From: an uncultured bacterium
GTDB taxonomy: Bacteria > Babelota > Babeliae > Babelales > Babelaceae
DNA length: 64,000 nt
Assembly: GCA_963713855.1 (NCBI GenBank)
Contig: OY970209.1
Coordinates: 1-64,000 of the forward strand
Reading direction: 5' to 3'
Part shown: one piece after another, positions 53,234 to 63,529 of the stretch
How positions within the stretch are numbered: the stretch's first letter is position 1
How the letters are laid out: every line of letters starts with the position of its first letter
Made by a program: the position numbers and the translations under genes
Notes under the pieces: model-generated
The model's database searches: none
What the model saw: the letters and a program-made list of their open reading frames with translations, nothing else
Told to the model about the DNA's origin: nothing

Positions 53234-53917
53234 TTATGCTGCTTGTGCACGCTTTAAAAGAGCTGCCATTTGCTGTTGAGCAGCCTCTACCCATGGTGAT
53301 TTTTTTTGAGCAAATCGAGCAATAAGGTGCGACCAAATCTGCTGCGCTTTTTCATCGTCCCCCGATTTTAACGCTGTGTACCCAGCGTAGTAAAGTGCTT
53401 GATCACGTATCGGATTTTGCTGATCGTTACTAAGACCGTCTAAAGCTCGTTGGCCAGCAATCTGTGCTTGTGGGTCTTGAGAGTCGCGCTGCATGAGAGC
53501 ATACTCAATAGCATATAAGTAGTAAGCCGGCGAAGGCTTTTTTATACCTTCAAGCACGTGCTCTGCGGTCTTGCGGGCAGCATCAAAATCTTGTCCAAGT
53601 AAAAGGGCTTGACCCTTGTAAGAAAGAAAATATGGCGCCCAAGACGTGTTTTTGTAAAGTTCATATCCTTTTTCAAACATGTCAGCAACTTCTCTCCAAT
53701 TCCGTTCCGAAACGCCCAGCTGCTTCGTTTTTTCAAATTCCTTATGTGCTTGAGAAAAAGCCTTTTGGGCCTGCCCCGCTTTGCGGATAGTCATGGAGTG
53801 ATACATTGCCCAGCCTGTTATACTAAGAAGTGTTAGTAGCACAAGCAGCAAAAGGAAATGCAGCTGTTTTTTTTCTTTAAGCATAAAGAAAAAGTCTTGT
53901 ATTACATACGAATCCAT
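53234..53917 (-). CDS. Membrane-anchored TPR-like protein (YfgM-like)
   Basis: Single N-terminal TM followed by helical TPR-like repeats. Confidence 0.65.
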   Translation of the reverse strand: MDSYVIQDFFFMLKEKKQLHFLLLLVLLTLLSITGWAMYHSMTIRKAGQAQKAFSQAHKEFEKTKQLGVSERNWREVADMFEKGYELYKNTSWAPYFLSYKGQALLLGQDFDAARKTAEHVLEGIKKPSPAYYLYAIEYALMQRDSQDPQAQIAGQRALDGLSNDQQNPIRDQALYYAGYTALKSGDDEKAQQIWSHLIARFAQKKSPWVEAAQQQMAALLKRAQAA

Positions 53918-53941
53918 ACGAGCCCTCCTTGCAAAAATGTA

Positions 53942-54211
53942 TTATGCTTGCTCGTTTGCAGGTGATTCAGCGGATGTAGTACCAGTCGATTGAGCTTTAT
54001 TTTGACGGGCTTGACCTCTTTTTGCCGCACGATCAAGCTTTGTAGTCAATATTTTCTTACCTTTATAATAACCACATATTTCGCACACAATATGGGGTAA
54101 CAAAGGAGACTTGCATTGAGAACAAGCTGCAAATTTCTGTGGCCTTAAAAACTTACACGCTGAACGTTGGTCTCTACGAGATTTACTCGTTTTACGTTTA
54201 GGTACTGGCAT
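53942..54211 (-). CDS. rpmF: 50S ribosomal protein L32
   Basis: MPVPKRKTSKSRRDQR, CSQC...PHIVCEICGYYKG. Confidence 0.96.
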   Translation of the reverse strand: MPVPKRKTSKSRRDQRSACKFLRPQKFAACSQCKSPLLPHIVCEICGYYKGKKILTTKLDRAAKRGQARQNKAQSTGTTSAESPANEQA

Positions 54212-54295
54212 AATAAACTCCGCTTATAGTCTTAAAAATCAGCTTTATCTTTTTAAGTGTATAAGAAAATACAAAATCTAGCAAAAATGAACTTT

Positions 54296-55381
54296 TTAAC
54301 CGCATATCGCACTGGCCCAGAGTCCCATAAAATTTTGTTTAAGCTTTCCTTCAACCTGTAATGAAAAAAGCTCCCCATGGAGTGCCGAGCTTGAAAGTCC
54401 CGTTACCTGAAGAAGTTCATCAAAAGACAGCGGTGTCCTACAAGCCGCCACAATACGATGAGCTATAGTATCTGGCTTTATAGTTTCATTCGCTATCTGA
54501 GCTTTCTCACCAAGGACATTTAAAAGGTCTTTAGCACTTGCTATGCTGTAAGCCCCTTCGCTTAAAAGCTTGTGACAGCCATCGCTTAAAGGATTATCGA
54601 TAAGCCCTGGTACAGCACCTACATCCCTTCCTTCTTGTAGCGCATAAGAAGCAGTTATCAAAGCACCGCTTTTTTCACATGCTTGTAAAACAATACACGC
54701 TTTACTAAGACCAGCAATAATACGATTTCGAGCGGGAAAATGGCCTGGATGCGGATCTGCGGTCAAAGGAAACGAACTCAAAAGTGTACCTTCGTTCTTT
54801 ACTATTGTCTTAAAAAGCTCTTTATGCTCAGGTGGATATGGCTTTAAAAGACCAGAACCAAGAACAGCAATAGTGCCTGCTTTCGATTCGAGAGCGGCCT
54901 TATGTGCATAAGAATCTGCACCTCGAGCACCACCGCTCACAATACACCATCCATGCTCACTTACGCCGCTTACAAGCATTCGGGCAACTCGTTCAGCATA
55001 GGCATCCGCCTTGCGCGCCCCAACAAAAGCCACGGTTTTTTTATATGAAGAAGGATTCTTGCCCAGAAAGTAGAGTACTATAGGCGGAAGATAAATCTCT
55101 TTAAGAAGAGTTGGATAGTCGCTATCAAAAAGCGTTGTCCATCCAATAGCATACGTATCAATACGCTTGAGTTCTTCGTCAAGAAGCTTTCCATCAGCAA
55201 GCCCAGAGGTTATGCGCGCAGCTTGTGCATGGGACATTGAAAAACGAGCAATCAGGTCTCCCGCTTTTAGGTCATACAAAGCATCGATAAAACCTTTACC
55301 ACCGACGCGCACAAGCTTTTCAACCACTGAAGGTCCAACACCAGGTATAAGAGCTAAATGTAAAAGAGCTATACTGGACAT
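54296..55381 (-). CDS. dprA: DNA-processing protein DprA
   Basis: VGAR, IVSGGARGAD, FPARNRIIAGLS, SGALITA. Confidence 0.95.
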   Translation of the reverse strand: MSSIALLHLALIPGVGPSVVEKLVRVGGKGFIDALYDLKAGDLIARFSMSHAQAARITSGLADGKLLDEELKRIDTYAIGWTTLFDSDYPTLLKEIYLPPIVLYFLGKNPSSYKKTVAFVGARKADAYAERVARMLVSGVSEHGWCIVSGGARGADSYAHKAALESKAGTIAVLGSGLLKPYPPEHKELFKTIVKNEGTLLSSFPLTADPHPGHFPARNRIIAGLSKACIVLQACEKSGALITASYALQEGRDVGAVPGLIDNPLSDGCHKLLSEGAYSIASAKDLLNVLGEKAQIANETIKPDTIAHRIVAACRTPLSFDELLQVTGLSSSALHGELFSLQVEGKLKQNFMGLWASAICG

Positions 55382-57843
55382 TCCTCAGGCTCTTCTTTAT
55401 CAGTCTGCCCGCTGCAAACAATAATAGCTGTAAGCGTTTGCTCAGGGTTCAGGCGAATAAGTCTGACTCCTTGAGCCTGTCTTCCCATTGTACGTACCTC
55501 TTTAGGTAATAGACGAATAATTTTACCAGAGGCATCAATCAGAAGGATACTTGAACTATCATCAACAACTTTAAGCCCAATTACCTGGCCATTTCGCTCG
55601 TTAGTTGGTATAGTTCGCACACCGTATCCACCCCGATGAGCAACGCGAAAATCACTTACACGTACACGTTTTCCGTATCCACGAGCTGTAGCAAACAGAA
55701 TATCTTTATCGTCCGAAACAACAGCCATTCCAACAACGAAATCATTATCACGTAAACGTATACCAGTTACACCGGCAGCATTTCTGCCCATTGAGCGAAC
55801 TTCCGTCTCTTTAAAGCGTATGCCCTGACCGTGCGCGGACGCGATAACAATCGAATCTTGGCCAGAGCTTAGTGAGCAGAAAACTAATTGATCACCCTCA
55901 TTGATAGTCAGTGCTCGTATACCTGTTGATCGAATTTTTGCAAAAAGCTGAGCATCGGTTCTTTTAATAACCCCTTTACGCGTTAGCATGACAAGATGGC
56001 GATCAGCAAGTTCACGGGCACACAAAAGCTTGACCACATGCTCATCGGGCTGAAGCGGCAAGAGATTGACGACAGCTCTTCCCTTTGCAGTACGCGAAGC
56101 TTCAGGAACTTGAAATACTGAGAGACTATAGACTCTTCCCTGATTGGTAAAAAAGAGAAGTTCATCATGAGTACGGGCAGAAAAGATATCCTGGACAACA
56201 TCATCAGACTCTTCTAAATCAGACATTCCCATCTTACCTTTACCACCGCGACGCTGCACGTTATAAGTAGCAAGCGGTACTCGCTTTACATAACCTTTCC
56301 CGGTTAACGTCACAACAACATCTTCATCAGGTACAAGATCAGCCTCACTTAAAATATCTACAGCGGCTTCAAAGCGTGTACGACGCTCATCAGCGTATTC
56401 TTCTTTAAGGGCTGCAAGCTCGCGCTCAATTTCAGTCATAAGCTTTGTGCGATCTTCAGTAATATCCTTTAAAGACCGTATAGCCACTTGAATATCAACC
56501 ATTTCTTGATGAATTTTTTCGCGCTCAAGTCCCGTAAGCCTTTGTAAACGCATATCAAGTATCGCTTTACCCTGCTCAGAACTTAAGCCGAATGCCGTAT
56601 AAAGCTTTTCAACAGCGCCTTCCGGAGACGAGGAATCCTTAATGGTCTTTATCACAGCATCAATAGATCCTAAAGCGATAACAAAGCCTTTAAGAAGATG
56701 TTCACGCGCTTGCGCTTTTTTAAGGTCAAAAAGCGTCCGTTTATAAATAACTTCTTCACGATGGACAATAAATTGGCGTATGAGTTCTCGTAATGAGAAA
56801 ATAAGCGGTCGATTATCAAGCAAAGCTAGCATTAAGACATGGAACGTAGACTGAAGGGATGTGTGCTTATAAAGCTGATTCAGAACAAGCTGAGCAGATT
56901 CACCGCGTTTGATGTCAAGAACAAGGCGCATACCACGCTTATCTGATTCGTCACGAATATTGGTAATACCCTCTATAATCTTATTGCGTACCAGATCAGC
57001 AATCTTAACAACGAGATCAGCCTTGATGACCTGATAAGGAAGCTCGGTAACAATTAACGTGGTACCTTTTGACGTTTCTTCTACAGATGTTACTCCGCGA
57101 ACAGTAATGCTTCCGCGCCCCGTCCTATAAGCCTGCACTATACCAGCGCGTCCACAAATAACCCCCCCTGTCGGAAAATCAGGACCGGGCACAAGTTCAA
57201 AAAGTTCGTCTTCAGTAATGTGGGGATTTTTAACGTAGGCCAGACAAGCCCCAAGCACCTCACCCAAGTTGTGGGGCGGTACAGTTGTTGCCATTCCCAC
57301 TGCTATGCCAGCAGTACCATTAATGAGAAGGTTTGGTAACCGGCTTGGCAAAACGACTGGCTCCACTGTAGACTCGTCAAAGTTAGGTACAAATTGAACG
57401 GTTTCTTTATCTAAATCTGCTAAAATCTCTTGAGCAATCTTTTGCATACGCACTTCGGTATAACGCATGGCAGCCGCGTTATCACCATCGACTGAACCCC
57501 AGTTACCCTGTCCGTCTAAAAGAGGATAGCGTCGCGCAAAGTCTTGCACCATACCAACCATGGTATTATACACCGCCTGATCACCGTGCGGATGGTACTT
57601 TCCGAGTACATCACCCACAATACGAACAGATTTGTGGTATGGTTTATTGTAATAAAAACCATGCTGCTGCATGGCGTATAAAACACGCCTATGAACAGGC
57701 TTTAAACCATCGCGAACGTCGGGTATTGCCCTGCTGACAACAACGGACATTGCATACTCCAAGAACGAGTCTTTCAGCTCATCCTCAATCAGAACAGGCT
57801 CCACATGATCGAGCTTATTAATCTTATCCTGTGATGCTTCCAT
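55369..57843 (-). CDS. gyrA: DNA gyrase subunit A
   Basis: YAMSVVVSRAIPDVRDGLKPVHRR, AAMRYTE, GyrA-box QRRGGKG, C-terminal pinwheel repeats. Confidence 0.98.
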   Translation of the reverse strand: MEASQDKINKLDHVEPVLIEDELKDSFLEYAMSVVVSRAIPDVRDGLKPVHRRVLYAMQQHGFYYNKPYHKSVRIVGDVLGKYHPHGDQAVYNTMVGMVQDFARRYPLLDGQGNWGSVDGDNAAAMRYTEVRMQKIAQEILADLDKETVQFVPNFDESTVEPVVLPSRLPNLLINGTAGIAVGMATTVPPHNLGEVLGACLAYVKNPHITEDELFELVPGPDFPTGGVICGRAGIVQAYRTGRGSITVRGVTSVEETSKGTTLIVTELPYQVIKADLVVKIADLVRNKIIEGITNIRDESDKRGMRLVLDIKRGESAQLVLNQLYKHTSLQSTFHVLMLALLDNRPLIFSLRELIRQFIVHREEVIYKRTLFDLKKAQAREHLLKGFVIALGSIDAVIKTIKDSSSPEGAVEKLYTAFGLSSEQGKAILDMRLQRLTGLEREKIHQEMVDIQVAIRSLKDITEDRTKLMTEIERELAALKEEYADERRTRFEAAVDILSEADLVPDEDVVVTLTGKGYVKRVPLATYNVQRRGGKGKMGMSDLEESDDVVQDIFSARTHDELLFFTNQGRVYSLSVFQVPEASRTAKGRAVVNLLPLQPDEHVVKLLCARELADRHLVMLTRKGVIKRTDAQLFAKIRSTGIRALTINEGDQLVFCSLSSGQDSIVIASAHGQGIRFKETEVRSMGRNAAGVTGIRLRDNDFVVGMAVVSDDKDILFATARGYGKRVRVSDFRVAHRGGYGVRTIPTNERNGQVIGLKVVDDSSSILLIDASGKIIRLLPKEVRTMGRQAQGVRLIRLNPEQTLTAIIVCSGQTDKEEPEECPV

Positions 57844-58151
57844 ACGCTTTAAGCCTCGCTAATAAAATAAATTTGTAACATTTCTTAATTATAGCTTAAA
57901 ATCGTCATTTTGACAATGTAAAACAGTGAAGTCCACAAGATTAAAAATATCACTTACTGCTCAGCCGATACTTCGTCACCTAAGCTGGCACTCTGTTAGA
58001 AACAGTATCCAGGGAAAAAGTGCTTCAGACTGGCTTTCTCGTTAAAAATGAAGAAAAAATGATCGCTTGTACGCGTTAGGCAAAATGGGAGACTCATGTT
58101 ATACTTAATCGTTAATAACGAGGCATTTTTAAAGAGTTTTACGTATAACGC

Positions 58152-59972
58152 ATGGAACAAAAAACATTAGACCTTTCACGCTTTACACCAGATAAGGTCC
58201 GCAATTTTGCGGTGATTGCTCATATTGATCACGGCAAATCGACGCTCTGTGATCGCTTGCTTGAGTGTACGGGAACTTTATCCTCCCGCAACAAGGTTGA
58301 CCAATTTTTAGACAAGCTCCAGGTTGAGCGAGAAAGGGGTATTACAGTCAAAGCCCAAAGTGCCTCCATGTTTTATGAGTACAAGGGACAGGCCTACCTT
58401 TTAAACCTCATTGATACACCGGGCCATGTGGACTTTAGCTATGAGGTATCGCGCTCTTTATACGCAAGTCAGGGAGTACTCCTTCTGGTTGACGCTACCC
58501 AAGGGGTCCAGGCTCAAACTATGGCCAATTTTTATCTGGCTTTCGACCAAAACCTAACTATCATCCCCGTTATCAATAAGATTGATCTTCCAAACGCTGA
58601 TCCAACACGAATAGAAAAAGAGCTTAAGCAACTTTTTGAGTTTAGGCCTTCTGATATTGTAAGAGCCTCAGCAAAGACAGGAGAGGGCATTACAAGTATT
58701 CTGGATGCGATTGTTGAGCGTATACCAGCTCCTACAAGCGATCTTGAAAAACCTTTAAAAGCGCTTCTTTTTGATTCCTGGTACGATGATTATAAAGGCG
58801 TTGTCTGCCTTATCGCGGTTAAAGATGGCGCAATCAAAAAAGGTGATCAGATTACGCTAGCACAGGCGGATTGTTCTTATGAGGTTCTAGAGATAGGCAT
58901 CTTGCACCCTTCAGAAACACCACTACCCGCGCTCTACGCTGGCCAGGTAGGCTACCTCATTACAGGTATGAAAACGGTGCGCGAAGCTCGTGTAGGGGAT
59001 ACTATTTTCCATACCAAAAAGAAAGTCACCCCTTTTGGAGGTTTTAAGCCCGCAAAACCTATGGTATTTGCCGGTATCTATCCGGTAGAAAGCCAAGAAT
59101 TTGACCTTCTTAGCGATGCTATAGAAAAGCTTACGCTCAATGATGCGAGCGTAAAAGTTGAAAAAAAGTCTTCAGTAGCTCTAGGCTTGGGCTTTAGGTG
59201 CGGATTTTTAGGTCTTTTGCATATGGACGTTTTTAAGCAACGCTTAGAACAAGAGTACAACCTGTCCGTTATTGCTACTGCACCGAGCGTGCTCTATAAA
59301 ATTAAGCTTAAAAACGGTACGACGATGGATATAGAAAATCCTTCAGATTTTCCGGACGTTGCCAAGATCGAAATGATCTTGGAGCCCACCATCAACGCAA
59401 CCATTATTCTGCCAAAGGATTATTTAGGTGCGGTGATGCAGCTCTGTCAGGCAAAGCGTGGCGAGCAACAGCAACTCAATTACCTGAGTGAAGACCGGGT
59501 TATTCTTTCATACGGGCTTCCATTAAACGAGATAGCTACAGATTTTTATGATGAGCTCAAATCGCTAAGCTCCGGATACGCAAGCCTCGATTACGATGAA
59601 GGACCGTATGAGGAGGCGGACTTGGTCAAGATGGATATTCTGCTTAATGGAAAGCCAGTTGACGCTTTTTCCGTAATTATCCACACCGATAACGCTTACT
59701 ACTTAGGAAGGCAGCTTACTTCAAAGCTTCGGAGCGCTATACCACGCCAGCTATTTGAGGTAAGTATACAGGCTGCTATTGGCTCTAAAATTATTGCTCG
59801 CGAATCTATATCGCCACTGAGAAAAGATGTTACTGCTAAATGTTACGGTGGTGATATCACGCGTAAGAGAAAACTTTGGGAAAAACAAAAGGAAGGTAAG
59901 AAAAAGCTTAAGAGAGTGGGGTCTGTAGAAGTTCCCCAAGAAGCTTTCTTAGCTATTCTTAAAAAAGGCTAG
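58152..59972 (+). CDS. lepA: Elongation factor 4 (LepA/GUF1)
   Basis: AHIDHGKSTL, ERERGITVKAQ, DTPGHVDF, GFRCGFLGLLH, KCYGGDITRK. Confidence 0.98.
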   Translation: MEQKTLDLSRFTPDKVRNFAVIAHIDHGKSTLCDRLLECTGTLSSRNKVDQFLDKLQVERERGITVKAQSASMFYEYKGQAYLLNLIDTPGHVDFSYEVSRSLYASQGVLLLVDATQGVQAQTMANFYLAFDQNLTIIPVINKIDLPNADPTRIEKELKQLFEFRPSDIVRASAKTGEGITSILDAIVERIPAPTSDLEKPLKALLFDSWYDDYKGVVCLIAVKDGAIKKGDQITLAQADCSYEVLEIGILHPSETPLPALYAGQVGYLITGMKTVREARVGDTIFHTKKKVTPFGGFKPAKPMVFAGIYPVESQEFDLLSDAIEKLTLNDASVKVEKKSSVALGLGFRCGFLGLLHMDVFKQRLEQEYNLSVIATAPSVLYKIKLKNGTTMDIENPSDFPDVAKIEMILEPTINATIILPKDYLGAVMQLCQAKRGEQQQLNYLSEDRVILSYGLPLNEIATDFYDELKSLSSGYASLDYDEGPYEEADLVKMDILLNGKPVDAFSVIIHTDNAYYLGRQLTSKLRSAIPRQLFEVSIQAAIGSKIIARESISPLRKDVTAKCYGGDITRKRKLWEKQKEGKKKLKRVGSVEVPQEAFLAILKKG

Positions 59973-59980
59973 AGGAGCGT

Positions 59981-61060
59981 ATGATAGACATTGAACGCGA
60001 AGGATCAAGTCGTATTTTTACCGGTAACGTCTTCATTTTTCATAGTTTTGACGTGGGAGATGATATCTCCTTAGAGCGTGTAAAGGCATCACAAGCGCTC
60101 ATCCGGCGCCCCTTAACACTACCCAAATACTTTAAGAACTACCATACACCGCTTGCCGTTGAGCTGCCGCACCCCCACAGTAGCCCAAGACTTGTTAGCG
60201 CTAAACTTCACAGCTTTGGCGTTATAACGCTGCGTTACCAGATGCCGTTTGAATCAACACTTGAAGAATTACGCTCAGGCATTAACGAAATGGACGAGCT
60301 TTATAATGAGCAGAGCGTGAGTGATGCTAGCTTACTGTTTCAAAAAATAAAGCCTTTCATAAAACAGGCTCGCTTTTTCCACCTGCGTTCCTCATATCTT
60401 CTTGTACAGGTAGATCCAAGCCCTGAAAATATAGATGTTGTCCAATTCAAACAAGAGTACGGCAATATCATTGCCTCCCTTCTTCGGTTTGAAACGGAAA
60501 CGCTTTCTGAGTATCAAAAAAATGAAATGCTCGCGTCTGCCATAGGGTATTACCGGGGCGACCTTGTTATTATCGATACTGAAGCAGGCTTTGCTTATGA
60601 TGACGAGTATGAAGAGCAACTCGATATCTTCGAATTTGCCAATATCCAGCAGCTTGAGCTGCAATATTTTGATAGGGCTTTAGATAAAAGGCTCAATGTT
60701 TTTTATGAAAGAAAAGTTGAAGCTCTGTCATGGAGCGCTTACTTACCTTTTGTTGGCACTTCATTAACACAACCAATCGGTGAGCTTGAAGAGCTTCAGG
60801 TAGACATATCTGTCATAACTGAACGCCTAGAAAACAGCGTCAAACTCGCCGGTGATCCTTATTACTCAGAGCTTTACTCGCTCCTTGTGGAAAAACTTGA
60901 CCTTAAAAGCTGGCGTGAGTCCATAAACAACAAATTGTCGATAGTAAGCAATATTCGAGCTGTTCACCAAAACCGAATCGACAGTAGTCGCGGTGATTTT
61001 TTATCGGTTATTGTTATCCTGCTCATTTTTATAGAAATTGTAATAGCTCTTTTTAAATGA
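59981..61060 (+). CDS. Hypothetical protein with C-terminal TM (RMD1/DUF155- or CorA-like architecture)
   Basis: GAGGAG RBS; soluble alpha/beta domain, long helices, C-terminal TM (VIVILLIFIEIV). Confidence 0.6.
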   Translation: MIDIEREGSSRIFTGNVFIFHSFDVGDDISLERVKASQALIRRPLTLPKYFKNYHTPLAVELPHPHSSPRLVSAKLHSFGVITLRYQMPFESTLEELRSGINEMDELYNEQSVSDASLLFQKIKPFIKQARFFHLRSSYLLVQVDPSPENIDVVQFKQEYGNIIASLLRFETETLSEYQKNEMLASAIGYYRGDLVIIDTEAGFAYDDEYEEQLDIFEFANIQQLELQYFDRALDKRLNVFYERKVEALSWSAYLPFVGTSLTQPIGELEELQVDISVITERLENSVKLAGDPYYSELYSLLVEKLDLKSWRESINNKLSIVSNIRAVHQNRIDSSRGDFLSVIVILLIFIEIVIALFK

Positions 61061-62159
61061 GAGGCAAAGAAATACCAAGATTTTTTAAGAAGGTCATCTC
61101 TTTAGGAAGTATAAAACGGTACACACTAACGCCAAGCGAAGATGCTAAGACAGTTGTAATAAACTTCTGCTCATCTAAAAGCACCGTTTTTTTAAGATGC
61201 TCATGATCATAAGACTCGGCTACGGTATGCAGCGAATTAAAGAGCAATCTACCAAGAAAAACGACAAGCGAGAGCTCGGCGTATCGATCAACTGTTTTAT
61301 GTAAAGCTGATGCGCCTGTTCCTAAAAGGTTGGCTACTAGCACGCGAGATGCAAGAGCACCAATCTTGGTACCTAGCACGCTTATGAGCGCACCAAAGGT
61401 GAGAACACCCCCTTGGCTTAAAAGATCAATCATCGCTGCCGTGAATGCGTCATCGCATGAAACTTTTTGTCCAGTCGCACTCTCGATCTCGCCTTGTAAT
61501 AAAAGCACGTCCTCAAGCTGATCAGTAAGAATCTTCTTAATATCCTTATCTTCTCGATCAGTGATGGGCTGAACACCTTGATTTACTAAGCCGGCTTTTT
61601 CAAGAAGAGCATCAACGCCCGTCATCAAGGCTTCATCAAAGCTCTTTCCCACGTTTTTGCTCGCCAATGTGATTTTCTCTAAGGTTTTGTAAAAAAGCTG
61701 AAAAGACGAGCCAGCAGTAAAAGCGCTTATCAAGATACTTACATGCGATTGAGGCAAACCTTTACTTAAAAGAGCGCTTACTATATAGGTTTTTACAGCT
61801 TCGGTAAGACCGGTAGCTACCCCTTTTACCAGATTGCTCGCACCTTCTTTCCCCGTAAAAATGGGCGGCACCAAGTCTTTTTCTTGACCGGAGTCAAGAG
61901 CAAAGAGCTCTTCATCGATCGATACGCCAGCAATATAGTTGCTGAACATTTTTACGCCCAAGCCAAGAAAGAAAAAAGACACCTGTAAGCACTTTGCGCT
62001 ATTGCCATTGGTAGATAAAGCTATAGCCGCTTGTGGCGTATTTGCCGCCATTAGATGCCCCGCACAAAATAAACTTCCAATGATAAGAATAAAAATTCTT
62101 TTCCTGAAAGTTCCTCTAAGAAAGTTGTCTTTCATGGCAAACCTCAAGAAATTAAACAC
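61053..62159 (-). CDS. Hypothetical multi-pass membrane protein (paralog A)
   Basis: Signal-like N-terminus and several hydrophobic segments; shares motifs with 62280..63446; start may be 62135. Confidence 0.7.
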   Translation of the reverse strand: MFNFLRFAMKDNFLRGTFRKRIFILIIGSLFCAGHLMAANTPQAAIALSTNGNSAKCLQVSFFFLGLGVKMFSNYIAGVSIDEELFALDSGQEKDLVPPIFTGKEGASNLVKGVATGLTEAVKTYIVSALLSKGLPQSHVSILISAFTAGSSFQLFYKTLEKITLASKNVGKSFDEALMTGVDALLEKAGLVNQGVQPITDREDKDIKKILTDQLEDVLLLQGEIESATGQKVSCDDAFTAAMIDLLSQGGVLTFGALISVLGTKIGALASRVLVANLLGTGASALHKTVDRYAELSLVVFLGRLLFNSLHTVAESYDHEHLKKTVLLDEQKFITTVLASSLGVSVYRFILPKEMTFLKNLGISLPLI

Positions 62160-62279
62160 AACGCTTTTAACTTAAGTATAGCTAAAAATTGACAAATTAA
62201 CAATAAATTGATCGAAAAAGCAGCGATATCAGATCTAACTTGAACTCGGGCGCAGGGCCAATGTTATGAAAAGTAAGGG

Positions 62280-63446
62280 TTACGATCTATCTGACAAAAC
62301 GTGCCTAACATCTCGAATGCTTCGAATATAGGTCATAAGTCCCAAATTCCTTACAAACTCACTATGTTTGGGTAAAACCCCCTTATAGTAGTTGATACCA
62401 AGACGTGCTGCGGCTATCGTTCCTTCTAAATCTTTTTTTGGTAAAGAAATGGTCATATTACTAGAAGACATACGCGCACTCTCGATGGATTCTAAGATTG
62501 GATCGATATTTTGACACCATTCTTTATGAACTTCAAAAGAACCATTAGAACCGGGAGCTGGATAGACTTTTTGTGGATGATCTTGGCAAGGAAGTCTATT
62601 TTTAACAGGCAAAACTTGAACTGCTTCTTGGCTATCCGGATAGAGCCTTGTTAAGAAAATAAAAAGGCCTTCCACAAAAGCAGCAACTAACATAAGTTCT
62701 ACAAAGCGTTCAATAGCTTTTTTAATTGCCTCTTGCTTTCCGGCAACCTTTGAAACAACAGTCGCAAAGTTATAGGATCCGACACCAAGAGCGGCTCCGA
62801 ATGCAACCATAGTCCCAGTTACGATCAATCTATAAAAGAACATCGAAGATTCATCATTGAAAATAGAAGTCACGAGAGTATTCAAGACTTGCAGAGAAAG
62901 ATCCCCTACAGTTTTTAAGAGGGTTATAGCAGCACCGGCGGTATAAGCATTGAGTGCCGGAGATATTTCCTGTGCAGTCAATCCCTGTCTTGAAAGGTGA
63001 GCCGAAAGAAATTGCTTAAATGCTTCTACAAATCCAACAGAAAGAGCACGAACAGCACTCGTTTGAACTGCCTCATTAAATGCAGCGTAGGGCGATAGTG
63101 CATCGGCTTTGGAATCCTCCAGAGCAATTTTCGAATCTGGATAAAAAAGCTCTCTAACAGCGGTAATCTGATCTGTAGGATCAATAGCAACCATCTGTTC
63201 CGCAATATAATCAAAAAGAAGCTTAGCGCTCAATCCGATAGTAAAAAATAGAGTCAAAACGTGTGGAGTAGGAATATTTCTAAAATCTATAAGAGCCGCC
63301 GCATTCACCTGCGGCATATGAGCTACGCAACGGGACTGGCCACCTAAGAAAAGTGCTAAGGCACCTACTACTAATGCTTTTTTAATATGTAAACTTTGAA
63401 GATACCTTTTCATAGTATTCTCCCAACACGCCGATCCTCTTATCAA
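62280..63446 (-). CDS. Hypothetical multi-pass membrane protein (paralog B)
   Basis: Same architecture as paralog A; start probably 63413 (GGAG RBS). Confidence 0.7.
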   Translation of the reverse strand: MIRGSACWENTMKRYLQSLHIKKALVVGALALFLGGQSRCVAHMPQVNAAALIDFRNIPTPHVLTLFFTIGLSAKLLFDYIAEQMVAIDPTDQITAVRELFYPDSKIALEDSKADALSPYAAFNEAVQTSAVRALSVGFVEAFKQFLSAHLSRQGLTAQEISPALNAYTAGAAITLLKTVGDLSLQVLNTLVTSIFNDESSMFFYRLIVTGTMVAFGAALGVGSYNFATVVSKVAGKQEAIKKAIERFVELMLVAAFVEGLFIFLTRLYPDSQEAVQVLPVKNRLPCQDHPQKVYPAPGSNGSFEVHKEWCQNIDPILESIESARMSSSNMTISLPKKDLEGTIAAARLGINYYKGVLPKHSEFVRNLGLMTYIRSIRDVRHVLSDRS

Positions 63447-63529
63447 TTACGATTATACACCAAATCCCTTTTTTATTAAAGCATTTTTTGCATAGCCTAA
63501 AACCTTGGCTATTACGCGGTTATAAGCCA

